The notes below the pieces were generated by a model. That model saw nothing but the letters and a program-made list of their open reading frames with translations, was not told the DNA's origin and made no database searches. A program made the translations under genes and the position numbers. Shown here piece after piece: positions 17,746-26,363 of a stretch of DNA of 64,000 nt. Position 1 is the first letter of the stretch; the number at the start of each line of letters is the position of its first letter. Origin of the DNA: Armatimonadota bacterium (GTDB lineage: Bacteria; Bacillota; Desulfotomaculia; Desulfotomaculales; Nap2-2B). The DNA lies in NCBI GenBank assembly GCA_023511535.1, contig JAIMBK010000003.1, positions 25,471-89,470 of the forward strand. The letters run 5' to 3'.

Positions 17746-19032
17746 ATGACCTACGACGAAGTCGTCCACCTTTCCGCCGACGAAATGTACTCCATTCAGG
17801 AAAAAGGCCTCAAGTGGACGGTCCGCCACGCCTACGCGAACTGTCCCTTTTACCGCCGGAAAATGGACGAAGCGGGGGTAACCCCCGAAGACATCAAAAC
17901 CCTGGCAGACATCACCAGGCTTCCCTTTACCACCCCGGAAGACATCCGGGACAACTACCCCTTAGGGATCACGGCGGTCCCGGAAAAAGACATCGTCCGC
18001 ATCCACGCCTCTTCGGGCACTACGGGGAAAAAGAAAGTGATCCCGTATACCCGCAAGGATCTTGAAGACTGGGCGGAAATGTTCTCCCGCTGCTTTAAGC
18101 TGGCCGGCCTCACCCCCGAAGACCGCATCCAGGTGATGGTGGGCTACGGCCTCTGGACCGCCGGCGTGGGCTTTCAGGCCGGGATCGAAAAGTTCGGCGC
18201 CATGGCCGTCCCGGTGGGCCCCGGCCAGACCGACCTGCAGCTGGAGCTCATGGAAGATCTGCAGGTGACCGCCTTTTGCGCCACTTCCTCCTACGCCCTC
18301 TTTTTAGGCGAGGAAGTGGAAAGAAGGGGCTTAAAACCCCGCTTAAAGCTCAAAGCCGGGATCATCGGCTCGGAGCGCTGGAGCGACCGGATGCGCAAAA
18401 GGATCGAAGAACTCCTGGGCGTGGAAACCTTCGATATCCCCGGAATGACCGAACTCTACGGCCCCGGCACGGGCCTTGATTGCCAGGCCCACGAAGGGAT
18501 CCACTACTGGTCCGACTACTTCCTCTACGAGATCATCGACCCCCGGACCGGCCAAACCCTCCCCCCGGGGGAAACGGGGGAACTGGTGGCCACCACCTTA
18601 TGCAAAGAAGCCATGCCCATGATCCGCTACCGGACCCACGACCTCACCCGGCTCCTCCCCGGCCGGTGCTCCTGCGGGCGCTCGTTCTTCCGCACCGACC
18701 GCTTTCTGGGACGGACCGACGACATGGTGAAGGTACGGGGGGTGAATATTTTCCAGAGCCAGATCGATCATCTGTTAAATCCTTTCCGGGAACTGGGCAG
18801 CGAATACCAGTTCATTATTGACAGGGCGCCCGGGGGGAAGGACGCCGTCCTCTTACGGGTGGAATGCAGGCCGGGTTTTTCCGGCGACGGTAACGGGTTG
18901 GCGGAAACAATCAAAAAAAGGTTTTTTAACTTCGTCGGCCTCACCCCGGATGTCGAGCTGGTGCAATATGGGGGCTTGCCGCGCACGGAGCGAAAAACCA
19001 GGCGCATTTTTGATCGCCGGCTGGATTTATAA
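17746..19032 (+). CDS. paaK: Phenylacetate--CoA ligase family protein, second copy
   Basis: SSGTTGKKK AMP motif. Paralog of 7655..8953. ATG 17746 follows RBS AAGAGGTGA. Confidence 0.9.
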   Translation: MTYDEVVHLSADEMYSIQEKGLKWTVRHAYANCPFYRRKMDEAGVTPEDIKTLADITRLPFTTPEDIRDNYPLGITAVPEKDIVRIHASSGTTGKKKVIPYTRKDLEDWAEMFSRCFKLAGLTPEDRIQVMVGYGLWTAGVGFQAGIEKFGAMAVPVGPGQTDLQLELMEDLQVTAFCATSSYALFLGEEVERRGLKPRLKLKAGIIGSERWSDRMRKRIEELLGVETFDIPGMTELYGPGTGLDCQAHEGIHYWSDYFLYEIIDPRTGQTLPPGETGELVATTLCKEAMPMIRYRTHDLTRLLPGRCSCGRSFFRTDRFLGRTDDMVKVRGVNIFQSQIDHLLNPFRELGSEYQFIIDRAPGGKDAVLLRVECRPGFSGDGNGLAETIKKRFFNFVGLTPDVELVQYGGLPRTERKTRRIFDRRLDL

Positions 19033-19159
19033 AGATTTTCCCTGAGAATTGTTCCAGACACCACCAACTTTTGCTACCATCAGGCGTAAATTGATAGAAC
19101 GGAGCCATATCCACAATCCAGTCCTGGCTGTCAAGAGTGTACTGAGAGGGGCGAAAAAA

Positions 19160-19198
19160 TAAAAAAACCGGAAAAGAGATTCTTTCCGGTTATTTTTA
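19160..19198. terminator. Bidirectional intrinsic terminator
   Basis: AACCGGAAA (19166-19174) / TTTCCGGTT (19183-19191), flanked by an A-run and a T-run. Lies between convergent paaK2 and the zinc-ribbon gene. Confidence 0.75.
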
Positions 19199-19214
19199 TC
19201 CTTCTTTTTACCTT

Positions 19215-19508
19215 CTACCGGTAGCTCATCTGGCGGTTTTGGGCCAGGCATTCCCGGCAGTAAACGGGCTTTCTCCCGGTGGGTTTGAAAGGTACCATGG
19301 TCTGGGCGCCACAATTGGAACAGAAGGCTTCGTACATCTGGCGGCTGGCCGACCCGCGCCGTTCTTCTTTGCGTCGCTGGCGGCAATCCCGGCAACGGCT
19401 GGGCTCGTTGGTCAGCCCCTTTTCCGCGTAAAAAGCCTGCTCACCGGCACTGAACACAAAATCAGCGCCGCAATCCTTGCACTTGAGCACTTTGTCTTCG
19501 TAGAACAT
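19215..19508 (-). CDS. Double zinc-ribbon protein (CxxC...CxxC x2), function unknown
   Basis: CKDCG...CRDCR and CSNCG...CRECL pairs. Strong RBS AAGGAGGAG upstream of the ATG. Confidence 0.7.
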   Translation of the reverse strand: MFYEDKVLKCKDCGADFVFSAGEQAFYAEKGLTNEPSRCRDCRQRRKEERRGSASRQMYEAFCSNCGAQTMVPFKPTGRKPVYCRECLAQNRQMSYR

Positions 19509-19708
19509 GAAAAAATTCTCCTCCTTGAAAGATTGGGTTACTGGTTTAGGGACCCAAACAAACCTTCTTCCTATCCAAACCAGCTTTTCAAGGAGAAGAA
19601 TTGTTGCCGGTTACCTAAAAACCAGTTTTTTAAATTATAACATAAATCATTGTGGCTGTCGAGACCATGGACAGTTATTTTTTTACTTCTCTTTAAAAAC
19701 ACTCCCGG

Positions 19709-20458
19709 TTAAAAAGCCTGCAGCCACCGGGCAACGACCCGCCAGACCTGCCGGTAATGCTGCGAAAACTGATGATCGGCCCCGTCGATTAAAGCCAGCT
19801 GCTTTGGTTCGCCGGCTGAACGGTAGATGGCTTCCGCCTCGGCGGGCGACACCAGTTCGTCCTTTGTGCCGTGAATAATCAGCAGGGGGCGGGGAGATAG
19901 ACGCCCCGCGTCGGCGGCGACGTCGTATTGCTGGAGATCTTCAAGGAAGCTTTTTTTCAGGTAAACGACACCCTGTTCTCCAGCCAGGCCGATCCGGTCG
20001 CCTTCGTCGGCGGAAAGGCCGGTAAAAAGTTCAGTAAGCGCGGCGGGCGCGGCCCAGGTGCAGACGCCGGCCGCCGTTTGATCCCGGGCGGCCTGGCAGA
20101 TTACCGTGCTTCCCCCGAAGCTCCGGCCAAGGGTGACGATTTTTGGAAAACCTTTTTCCGTGCACCATTTCAGCGCACAGGTTAAATCGTCTATCTGCCC
20201 GGTGAGGGTAAGCCCGGCAAAGGAGCCTTCACTTTCCCCGCAGCCGGCAAAGTCGAATAAAAGCGCCGACCACCCCCGGTTGCCAAATTCCTCGGCCATT
20301 TCGACGGCCCTGCCGCCCCCTTCCTTGCTTCCCGTGAAGCCGTGGCAGACGACCAATATTTTCCCCGCGGGCGCCGGTGGGGTATATAATAACCCGGCGA
20401 TTTTGCGGCCCTGCGAATTGCGAAACGAGATTTTTTGCCAGGAAGGAGAAGCAGCCAT
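19709..20458 (-). CDS. Alpha/beta-fold hydrolase
   Basis: 249 aa, HGFTGSKEGG oxyanion region, nucleophile elbow GRSFGG, C-terminal DH (GADHQF). Confidence 0.75.
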   Translation of the reverse strand: MAASPSWQKISFRNSQGRKIAGLLYTPPAPAGKILVVCHGFTGSKEGGGRAVEMAEEFGNRGWSALLFDFAGCGESEGSFAGLTLTGQIDDLTCALKWCTEKGFPKIVTLGRSFGGSTVICQAARDQTAAGVCTWAAPAALTELFTGLSADEGDRIGLAGEQGVVYLKKSFLEDLQQYDVAADAGRLSPRPLLIIHGTKDELVSPAEAEAIYRSAGEPKQLALIDGADHQFSQHYRQVWRVVARWLQAF

Positions 20459-20783
20459 TTGGAAACCCTCCGGATCTAAAATCTATTCTTCCCTGGAATA
20501 TTATCCATTCCGCAGGCAAATTCCTGCCGGCATCACCAGGATTTTAACGGTCGGTACCATGGCGGCAATTTCCGACCGCAAGACAGTTTCCTTTTGGTCG
20601 ATGACCAGCAGACGTTTTACGTTTTCGCGGATGGACATCTTGCAACACCCTTAAATTTATGGTATATATTATACTATTAGGTATATTATGGTATAAAAAT
20701 TCCCAGGAGTTTTCTGGAGAGAAAAGAGCAAATTCGGGGCAGACTAAGCATGGAGAAAATCAAAAAAACAGGAGGCGTGAACG

Positions 20784-21002
20784 ATGACGATCGGCGAAAA
20801 AATGCACCAGACCCTGGCGACCCTGGAAGGCGTAACGGCAAACCTGAAAAGCTTTGCCCTGGATACACAGGATAAAAATGCAAAGAAAATGTTTTCCGAT
20901 TATGCCAACCAGCTGGAAAATATTACCCGGGGGCTGCGCGGAAGGGTAAATTATGTCGAGCAGCAGGAGCCCCAATATAAGGTTTACGAACAGCAAACAT
21001 GA
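20784..21002 (+). CDS. DUF1657-family small spore-associated protein
   Basis: 72 aa. LATLEG...LKSFALDTQDKNAKKMF...EQQEPQYKVY matches my recollection of DUF1657. RBS AGGAGG. Confidence 0.65.
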   Translation: MTIGEKMHQTLATLEGVTANLKSFALDTQDKNAKKMFSDYANQLENITRGLRGRVNYVEQQEPQYKVYEQQT

Positions 21003-21036
21003 TAGCGCAAAACTTTTTTGCCCCAATAGATCACTA

Positions 21037-21070
21037 AAAGGGACAGGATAACCCGCCTGTCCCTTTTTTC
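21037..21070 (+). terminator. Intrinsic terminator after the DUF1657 gene
   Basis: AAAGGGACAGG / CCTGTCCCTTT stem, 8-nt loop, T-run. Confidence 0.8.
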
Positions 21071-21188
21071 CGATGGCCCAAGAAAAATTTCCTTAGCCCT
21101 CAGTCCTTCATCTGAATACGCCCGGCTTGAGGCACCGGCCGCTCGGGTAACCTATCCCTCGTTGCCATAAAATGGTATAAAATTTAAC

Positions 21189-21217
21189 TTGATTTATTCC
21201 TTCGCTTTAGATATAAT
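21189..21217 (+). promoter_or_regulatory. Sigma-A-type promoter of the T-box leader
   Basis: TTGATT (21189-21194), 17-nt spacer, TATAAT (21212-21217). Confidence 0.6.
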
Positions 21218-21224
21218 AACCCAT

Positions 21225-21537
21225 AACATAACGATGGTCTTCAAATCCCGTGAAGGAGGAAAGTAGGCCGGGCCCAGTTCTTCAGGGAGGAGGCGTCGGC
21301 GACTGGAAGCGCCTCTAGAACATGGCTGGTTGAAGTTCCCTCCGGAGGAGCAGGCTGAAAACCTTGAGCGGTAAAGTAGGCTGCGCCGGCTTCTTCCCCC
21401 GTTACCGGGAAGGGGGTATCGGAGTTCATTCCTGTACCTTTTTACCTGAGGGGTTTGCGCTTTTGGCGCAGGCAAGTAGGGTGGTACCGCGAAAAGATTG
21501 ATGGCTTTTCGTCCCTATGGATGAAAAGCCTTTTTTA
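21225..21537 (+). promoter_or_regulatory. T-box riboswitch 1 (complete: Stem I, Stem II, Stem III, T-box, terminator)
   Basis: Stem I base is GGAGG (21255-21259) / CCTCC (21339-21343), with AAAGTA S-turn motifs at 21260 and about 21373. Stem III is GCGCttttGGCGC. T-box core is AAGTAGGGTGGTACCGCG (21474-21491). Terminator is GGCTTTTC...GAAAAGCC plus T6 (21503-21536). Confidence 0.85.
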
Positions 21538-21539
21538 GT

Positions 21540-21665
21540 TGTCAGGAATGATTTTTCCCGTACCCTAAGCGAGGGGGCCGCCGGCGCTCGGCGGTCAACC
21601 AGGGTGGTACCGCGAAGAGCCCGCAGCCTTCGTCCCTGGAGGGATGGAGGCTGCGGGTTTTTTTC
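21540..21665 (+). promoter_or_regulatory. Second T-box antiterminator/terminator module (no recognisable Stem I)
   Basis: Hairpin GGCCGCCGgcgctCGGCGGTC, T-box core CCAGGGTGGTACCGCG (21599-21614), and terminator CCCGCAGCC...GGCTGCGGG plus T7 (21620-21664). Confidence 0.75.
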
Positions 21666-21730
21666 TATATTTATACCTTAATTTAATACCTTCACTTTAA
21701 ACAACTTATTACAGTTGGGAGGGCGCAAAG

Positions 21731-22789
21731 ATGGTTGTTGTCATGGAGCCCGGTGCATCACCGGAAACGATCGAAGTCGTCAGCGAGAGGCTGGCCGCCC
21801 AGGGTTTTCAACCGCATTTAATCCATGGCGTCAGCAGAATTGTCATCGCGGCCGTGGGGGAGCACCGCGCGGCGGATACTTCAGGCCTGGAAAACTTGCC
21901 CGGCGTGGAAAAGGTAGTCCCCATCATGAAGCCTTATAAGCTGGCCAGCAGGGAGGTCAGGGGGGAAGACAGCGTGGTGAAAGCCGGCCGGGTGGCGGTA
22001 GGCGGCGGGAGAAGCGTGGTCGTGATGGCCGGGCCGTGCGCCGTCGAAAGCCGCGAGCAGCTGTTCATGGCGGCCCGGGTGGTGAAGCGGGCCGGGGCGA
22101 CAATTTTGCGCGGCGGGGCCTTTAAACCGCGGACGTCTCCCTACAGCTTCCAGGGGTTAGCAGAAAAGGGATTACAGTTGCTGGCGGAGGCAGCCGCCTG
22201 GGCGGGTCTGGCCACGGTGAGCGAAGTAATTGACCAGGAAAGCCTGGACATGGCCAAAGATTACGTGGATATTCTGCAGATTGGGGCGCGCAACATGCAG
22301 AATTTCCGCCTTTTGCGGGCGGCCGGCCGCTCCGGCAAGCCCGTTCTGTTGAAGCGCGGCCTCTCGGCGACCATCGAGGAATGGCTCATGGCGGCGGAAT
22401 ATATCATGTCGGAAGGCAACGAGCAAGTTATCCTGTGCGAACGGGGCATCCGCACCTTTGAGCGCCTGACGCGTAATACCCTGGACTTGAGCGCCGTTTC
22501 TCTGGTGAAAATCTTAAGCCACCTGCCCGTGGTGGTCGATCCCAGCCATGCCACCGGAGACCGGCGCCTGATCGGCCCGATGTCCAAAGCAGCACTGGCG
22601 GCCGGGGCGGACGGCCTGCTCATCGAGGTGCACCCCGATCCTGCTCAGGCGCTGTGCGACGGCCAGCAGTCCCTTAACCCGGAACAATTTACCGCGCTGA
22701 TGCAGGACTTACAGGCAATAACGCTGGTTACCGGGCGAAAATTGGGCAGCCTTCCGGAGGCGGGCAAAGGAATAAAAGCTGCCGGCTAG
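21731..22789 (+). CDS. aroF: 3-deoxy-7-phosphoheptulonate (DAHP) synthase, class I-beta with N-terminal ferredoxin-like regulatory domain
   Basis: N-terminal roughly 70-aa regulatory domain (VVVMEPGAS...), then KDO8P/DAHPS-type barrel (AGPCAVES, GAFKPRTSPYSFQG, DPSH). Confidence 0.9.
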   Translation: MVVVMEPGASPETIEVVSERLAAQGFQPHLIHGVSRIVIAAVGEHRAADTSGLENLPGVEKVVPIMKPYKLASREVRGEDSVVKAGRVAVGGGRSVVVMAGPCAVESREQLFMAARVVKRAGATILRGGAFKPRTSPYSFQGLAEKGLQLLAEAAAWAGLATVSEVIDQESLDMAKDYVDILQIGARNMQNFRLLRAAGRSGKPVLLKRGLSATIEEWLMAAEYIMSEGNEQVILCERGIRTFERLTRNTLDLSAVSLVKILSHLPVVVDPSHATGDRRLIGPMSKAALAAGADGLLIEVHPDPAQALCDGQQSLNPEQFTALMQDLQAITLVTGRKLGSLPEAGKGIKAAG

Positions 22790-22936
22790 CCGCTTTCTTG
22801 CGGAGAGCGGCAAATCCGATAAGCCTTTTAAGGTTGCCGGAAAGGAGGAAATTAGCAAATGGAGGAGATTGTTCAGGGGAATTCGCGTTCCCCTCCATAA
22901 AAAGTGAAAATAGCCGTGCATACCAGGAGTATCTAT

Positions 22937-22949
22937 CCCCAATCCCTGT
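22937..22949 (+). repeat. Short heptamer tract, copy H4, 5' of pheA RBS
   Basis: CCCCAATCCC TG, then ttttaaaAGGAGG and ATG 22970. Confidence 0.6.
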
Positions 22950-22969
22950 TTTAAAAGGAGGATGAAATC

Positions 22970-23848
22970 ATGACTAAAAAAATCGGTTATTTAGGACCGC
23001 CGGGAACTTTTTCGGAAATGGCCGCCAGGCTTTACCTAAATAGCGTGGATAAGGGTGAATTAATTCCCTTTCCTTCTCTGACGGATATTTTTATGGCCGT
23101 AGAAAAAGGAGGACTGACCGAAGGAATTTTGCCCCTGGAAAATTCTACCGAGGGATCGGTAAACCAGACGCTGGATTTACTGGCCCACCGCTTTGGGCAG
23201 ACGAAAATCAAGAACGAAATAATCTTGTCCGTGAACCACCATTTGCTGGCGCGGACGGGTGTTCCTTTCCATAAAGTGGTGCGGGTGGTCTCGCACCCCC
23301 AGGCGCTGGCGCAGTGCCGCTCCTTTCTGGAAAACTCCCTGCCGGGGGTGGAGGTACAGGAGGCTGCCAGCACTGCTGAAGCCGCTGCGCTCGTCGCCGC
23401 CATGCCGGCGCCCTGGGCGGCCATCGGAACCGCGCAGGTTGCCCGGTCTTGCGGCCTGGTGATTTTAGCGGAAAAGATCAACGATTGCTCCGCCAACGCC
23501 ACCCGTTTCATCGTGGTTGCCCGGGAGGACGCTCCCCAGGGGCCGGGGTGCAAGACTTCCATCATCTTTTCCGTGGAGGACCGGCCGGGGGCGCTGTGCG
23601 ACGTTCTTCTCGAATTTGCGGAAAGGAAAATCAACCTTACCCGGATTGAATCCCGCCCCACCCGGAACAGGCTGGGGGAATACCTGTTCTTTGTTGACTT
23701 CCAGGGGCATCGCCTGGACCAGGTCGTGCAGCAGGCCCTGGCGGCGGTTTCCCGGCGCGCGGTCAGCATGCGCGTGCTGGGCTCGTATCCGGCGGTTTCC
23801 GGAGAAGAACCGGAGGCCGGGCAGAAAAAATACCGGCGGGCCGGTTAA
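22970..23848 (+). CDS. pheA: Prephenate dehydratase (PDT + ACT domains)
   Basis: GYLGPPGTFSE N-terminus and TRIESRPTR ACT-domain motif. Confidence 0.9.
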   Translation: MTKKIGYLGPPGTFSEMAARLYLNSVDKGELIPFPSLTDIFMAVEKGGLTEGILPLENSTEGSVNQTLDLLAHRFGQTKIKNEIILSVNHHLLARTGVPFHKVVRVVSHPQALAQCRSFLENSLPGVEVQEAASTAEAAALVAAMPAPWAAIGTAQVARSCGLVILAEKINDCSANATRFIVVAREDAPQGPGCKTSIIFSVEDRPGALCDVLLEFAERKINLTRIESRPTRNRLGEYLFFVDFQGHRLDQVVQQALAAVSRRAVSMRVLGSYPAVSGEEPEAGQKKYRRAG

Positions 23849-23932
23849 AATACTTGAAACACGGGTTTAAAGCCGGGCAGGTTTAAAACTGTTAGAACAG
23901 CGGCGCCAGAAAGAACTGTCCACCGCTGAAAC

Positions 23933-23977
23933 AAAAAGCAAGCTTCCGGGAAATCGCCCCCGGCCGCTTGCTTTTTG
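23933..23977. terminator. Bidirectional terminator between pheA and ilvD
   Basis: AAAAAGCAAGC (23933-23943) / GCTTGCTTTTT (23966-23976), with an inner CCGGG/CCCGG hairpin. Confidence 0.7.
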
Positions 23978-24063
23978 TTCTTCTGACCGAAATGAATTGG
24001 GTTGACGCTCAACTGGTTAACCGGCGGCGGAAAAACCGGCGTCAGGGCACTAACTCCTGATCC

Positions 24064-25737
24064 CTACTCCGGCGCTTTCATTACCGCCCCCGTGCTGGCG
24101 GAAGTGACCAGGGCCGCGTAGCGGGCCAGGTAGCTTTTGCCGGTGACTTTCGGGGGCGGGGGCTGCCAGGCGCTGCGCCGGGCGGCCAGCTCTTCTTCGG
24201 AAAGCTTTACGTTCAGCTGGCGCCGGGGAATGTCGATTTCAATCAGGTCGCCTTCTTGCACCAGGGCCAGCGGCCCGCCTTCGGATGCTTCCGGGGAAAT
24301 GTGCCCGATGGAAGCCCCGCGGGTGCCGCCGGAGAAACGCCCGTCGGTGATCAGGGCGACTTTGCTGCCCAGGCCCATTCCCGTGATGGCCGAAGTGGGG
24401 CTGAGCATCTCCCGCATGCCGGGACCACCCCTGGGACCTTCATAACGGATGACCACTACGTCTTTTTCCCGGATTTTTCCGTCCATAATGGCGTTAAAAG
24501 CTTCTTCCTCGCTTTCGAACACCCGGGCCGGGCCGGTGTGCACGAGCATTTCCGGGACCACCGCCGACTGCTTGACCACCGCGCCGTCCGGCGCCAGGTT
24601 ACCCCTTAAGACGGCGATCCCTCCCTCGGGCGCGTACGGGTCGGTTAAGGGGCGAATGACCCGGGAATCACGCACGGCGGCCCGGCTGATGTTTTCGCCC
24701 AGCGTTTTGCCGGTGGCGGTCGGCGCGTCCAGCGCCAGCAGTCCCGCTTTGCCCAGTTGCTTGAGCACGGCGGAAATGCCGCCCGCCTGGTAGAGGTCAA
24801 ACAGCCGGTCTTCACCGGCGGGGCTCAGCTTGCAGATGTTCGGCACCCGGGCGCTGATTTCGTCAAAGGTTTCCAGCGCCAGGGGAACTTCCGCCTCGTA
24901 AGCGATGGCCAGCAGGTGGAGCACCGTGTTGGTGGAGCCGCCGATGGCCATATCCAGTGCGATGGCGTTGCGAAAAGCCGCCGGGGTAAGGATATCCCGG
25001 GGGCGCACGTTTCGCCGGACCATTTCCATGAGGCGCTCCCCGGCCAGCTTGGCCAGGGCTTTGCGCTGCCCGTAGGGGGCGGGAATGGTGCCGTTGCCGG
25101 GCAGGCCGATCCCCAAAGCCTCCGCCAGGCAGTTCATGGTGTTGGCCGTGAAAAGCCCGGCGCAGCTCCCGCAGCTGGGGCAGGCGCTCAGTTCCATTTC
25201 GGTCAGTTCTTCTTCGCTTATTGTTCCCTGGGCGAAAGTGCCCACCGCTTCAAAGACCCCCCGCACCAGGTCGACCTTCCTTTCCCGGTGCGTGCCCGTC
25301 AGCATGGGTCCGCCGCCCACGTACACGCTCGGAATGTTCAGGCGGGCGGCGGCCATCAACATACCGGGGACAATTTTATCACAGTTGCCGATCAGCACCA
25401 GCCCGTCCAGCTTGTGGGCGACCACCATGGTTTCGATGGAATCGGCAATCAGCTCCCGGCTGGCCAGGGGGTACTTCATGCCGTCGTGGTTCATGGCGAT
25501 CCCGTCGCAAATGCCGATAACCGGAAATTCCACCGGCGTACCGCCGCCGGCCGCCACGCCCAGCTTGGCCGCCTGGGCAAGCTCCCTTAAATGGATGTGC
25601 CCGGGAATGATTTCGTTGAAGGCGTTGACAATCCCGATCAGCGGTTTTTGCAGGTCTTCCGGCGTATAGCCCATGGCGTAAAAGAGCGACCGGTGCGGCG
25701 CCCTGGTGACGCCTCTGGTTACCTGTTCGCTAGCCAA
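24064..25737 (-). CDS. ilvD: Dihydroxy-acid dehydratase
   Basis: 557 aa with canonical IlvD motifs (CDGIAMNH..., SDGRFSGGT-like [11 protein letters not shown]). TTG start after GGGTGAG. Confidence 0.95.
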   Translation of the reverse strand: MASEQVTRGVTRAPHRSLFYAMGYTPEDLQKPLIGIVNAFNEIIPGHIHLRELAQAAKLGVAAGGGTPVEFPVIGICDGIAMNHDGMKYPLASRELIADSIETMVVAHKLDGLVLIGNCDKIVPGMLMAAARLNIPSVYVGGGPMLTGTHRERKVDLVRGVFEAVGTFAQGTISEEELTEMELSACPSCGSCAGLFTANTMNCLAEALGIGLPGNGTIPAPYGQRKALAKLAGERLMEMVRRNVRPRDILTPAAFRNAIALDMAIGGSTNTVLHLLAIAYEAEVPLALETFDEISARVPNICKLSPAGEDRLFDLYQAGGISAVLKQLGKAGLLALDAPTATGKTLGENISRAAVRDSRVIRPLTDPYAPEGGIAVLRGNLAPDGAVVKQSAVVPEMLVHTGPARVFESEEEAFNAIMDGKIREKDVVVIRYEGPRGGPGMREMLSPTSAITGMGLGSKVALITDGRFSGGTRGASIGHISPEASEGGPLALVQEGDLIEIDIPRRQLNVKLSEEELAARRSAWQPPPPKVTGKSYLARYAALVTSASTGAVMKAPE

Positions 25738-25895
25738 CCAAATCTCACCCTTTCTAGTGTTTTACCGGTTGCCGGGATAATCTTTCCTCATTATCGCTCA
25801 ACAAAAGATTTCAATAAAAAAATAGAAAACCCTTTTTGGAAAATACATCTTGCTAAATTCCTACACGAAAGGTATAGAAAGAGGGCTGAAGTCAG

Positions 25896-25915
25896 CCCCT
25901 AACCCCTAACCCCTG
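25896..25915 (+). repeat. Heptamer tract copy H5 (G-rich on the mRNA strand, directly after the mutase small-subunit stop)
   Basis: CCCCTAACCCC TAACCCC TG on the + strand, 5 nt from the stop codon of the minus-strand gene 25920..26318. Confidence 0.8.
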
Positions 25916-25919
25916 TCTT

Positions 25920-26318
25920 CTATACTCGCACATTTTCCCTGATCCACTGCACAATCGTCTCGATCGGCGTGCCGGGGGTAAACAGCTCCTTTGCCCAGCC
26001 GCCCTCTTTTAAGGCTTTGATGTCGTCCGTCGGGATGGTGCCGCCGCCGATGACGATGATGTCTTCCGCTCCGCGCTCTTTCAGCAGTTCGCTCACCCGG
26101 GGGAAGAGGGTCAGGTGGGCGCCGGACAAAATGCTCAACCCGATGACGTCCACATCTTCCTGGATGGCGGCTTCGACAATCTGCTCGGGGGTTTGGTGCA
26201 GACCGGTATAGACTACTTCCATCCCCGCGTCGCGCAGACCCCGGGCGATTACCCGGGCGCCCCGGTCGTGACCGTCTAAGCCCGGTTTGGCGACTAAAAC
26301 GCGAATTCTTCTGCTCAT
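25920..26318 (-). CDS. icmB: B12-binding small subunit of acyl-CoA mutase
   Basis: DxHxxG motif ([10 protein letters not shown]), SxL...GG cobalamin-binding fold, 132 aa. Symbol is tentative and follows from the large-subunit signature. Confidence 0.85.
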   Translation of the reverse strand: MSRRIRVLVAKPGLDGHDRGARVIARGLRDAGMEVVYTGLHQTPEQIVEAAIQEDVDVIGLSILSGAHLTLFPRVSELLKERGAEDIIVIGGGTIPTDDIKALKEGGWAKELFTPGTPIETIVQWIRENVRV

Positions 26319-26363
26319 GGTTTCTCCTTCCTTTCTTTTGGAAAACCTTCCAAAATCAAATCC

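Noticed and set aside
20501-20638. 45-codon minus-strand ORF (MSIRENVKRLLVIDQKETVLRSEIAAMVPTVKILVMPAGICLRNG) upstream of the hydrolase gene
   Set aside because: It is short, has a weak SD and no recognisable family. It could be the remnant of a receiver-domain N-terminus. The evidence is not sufficient to call a gene.
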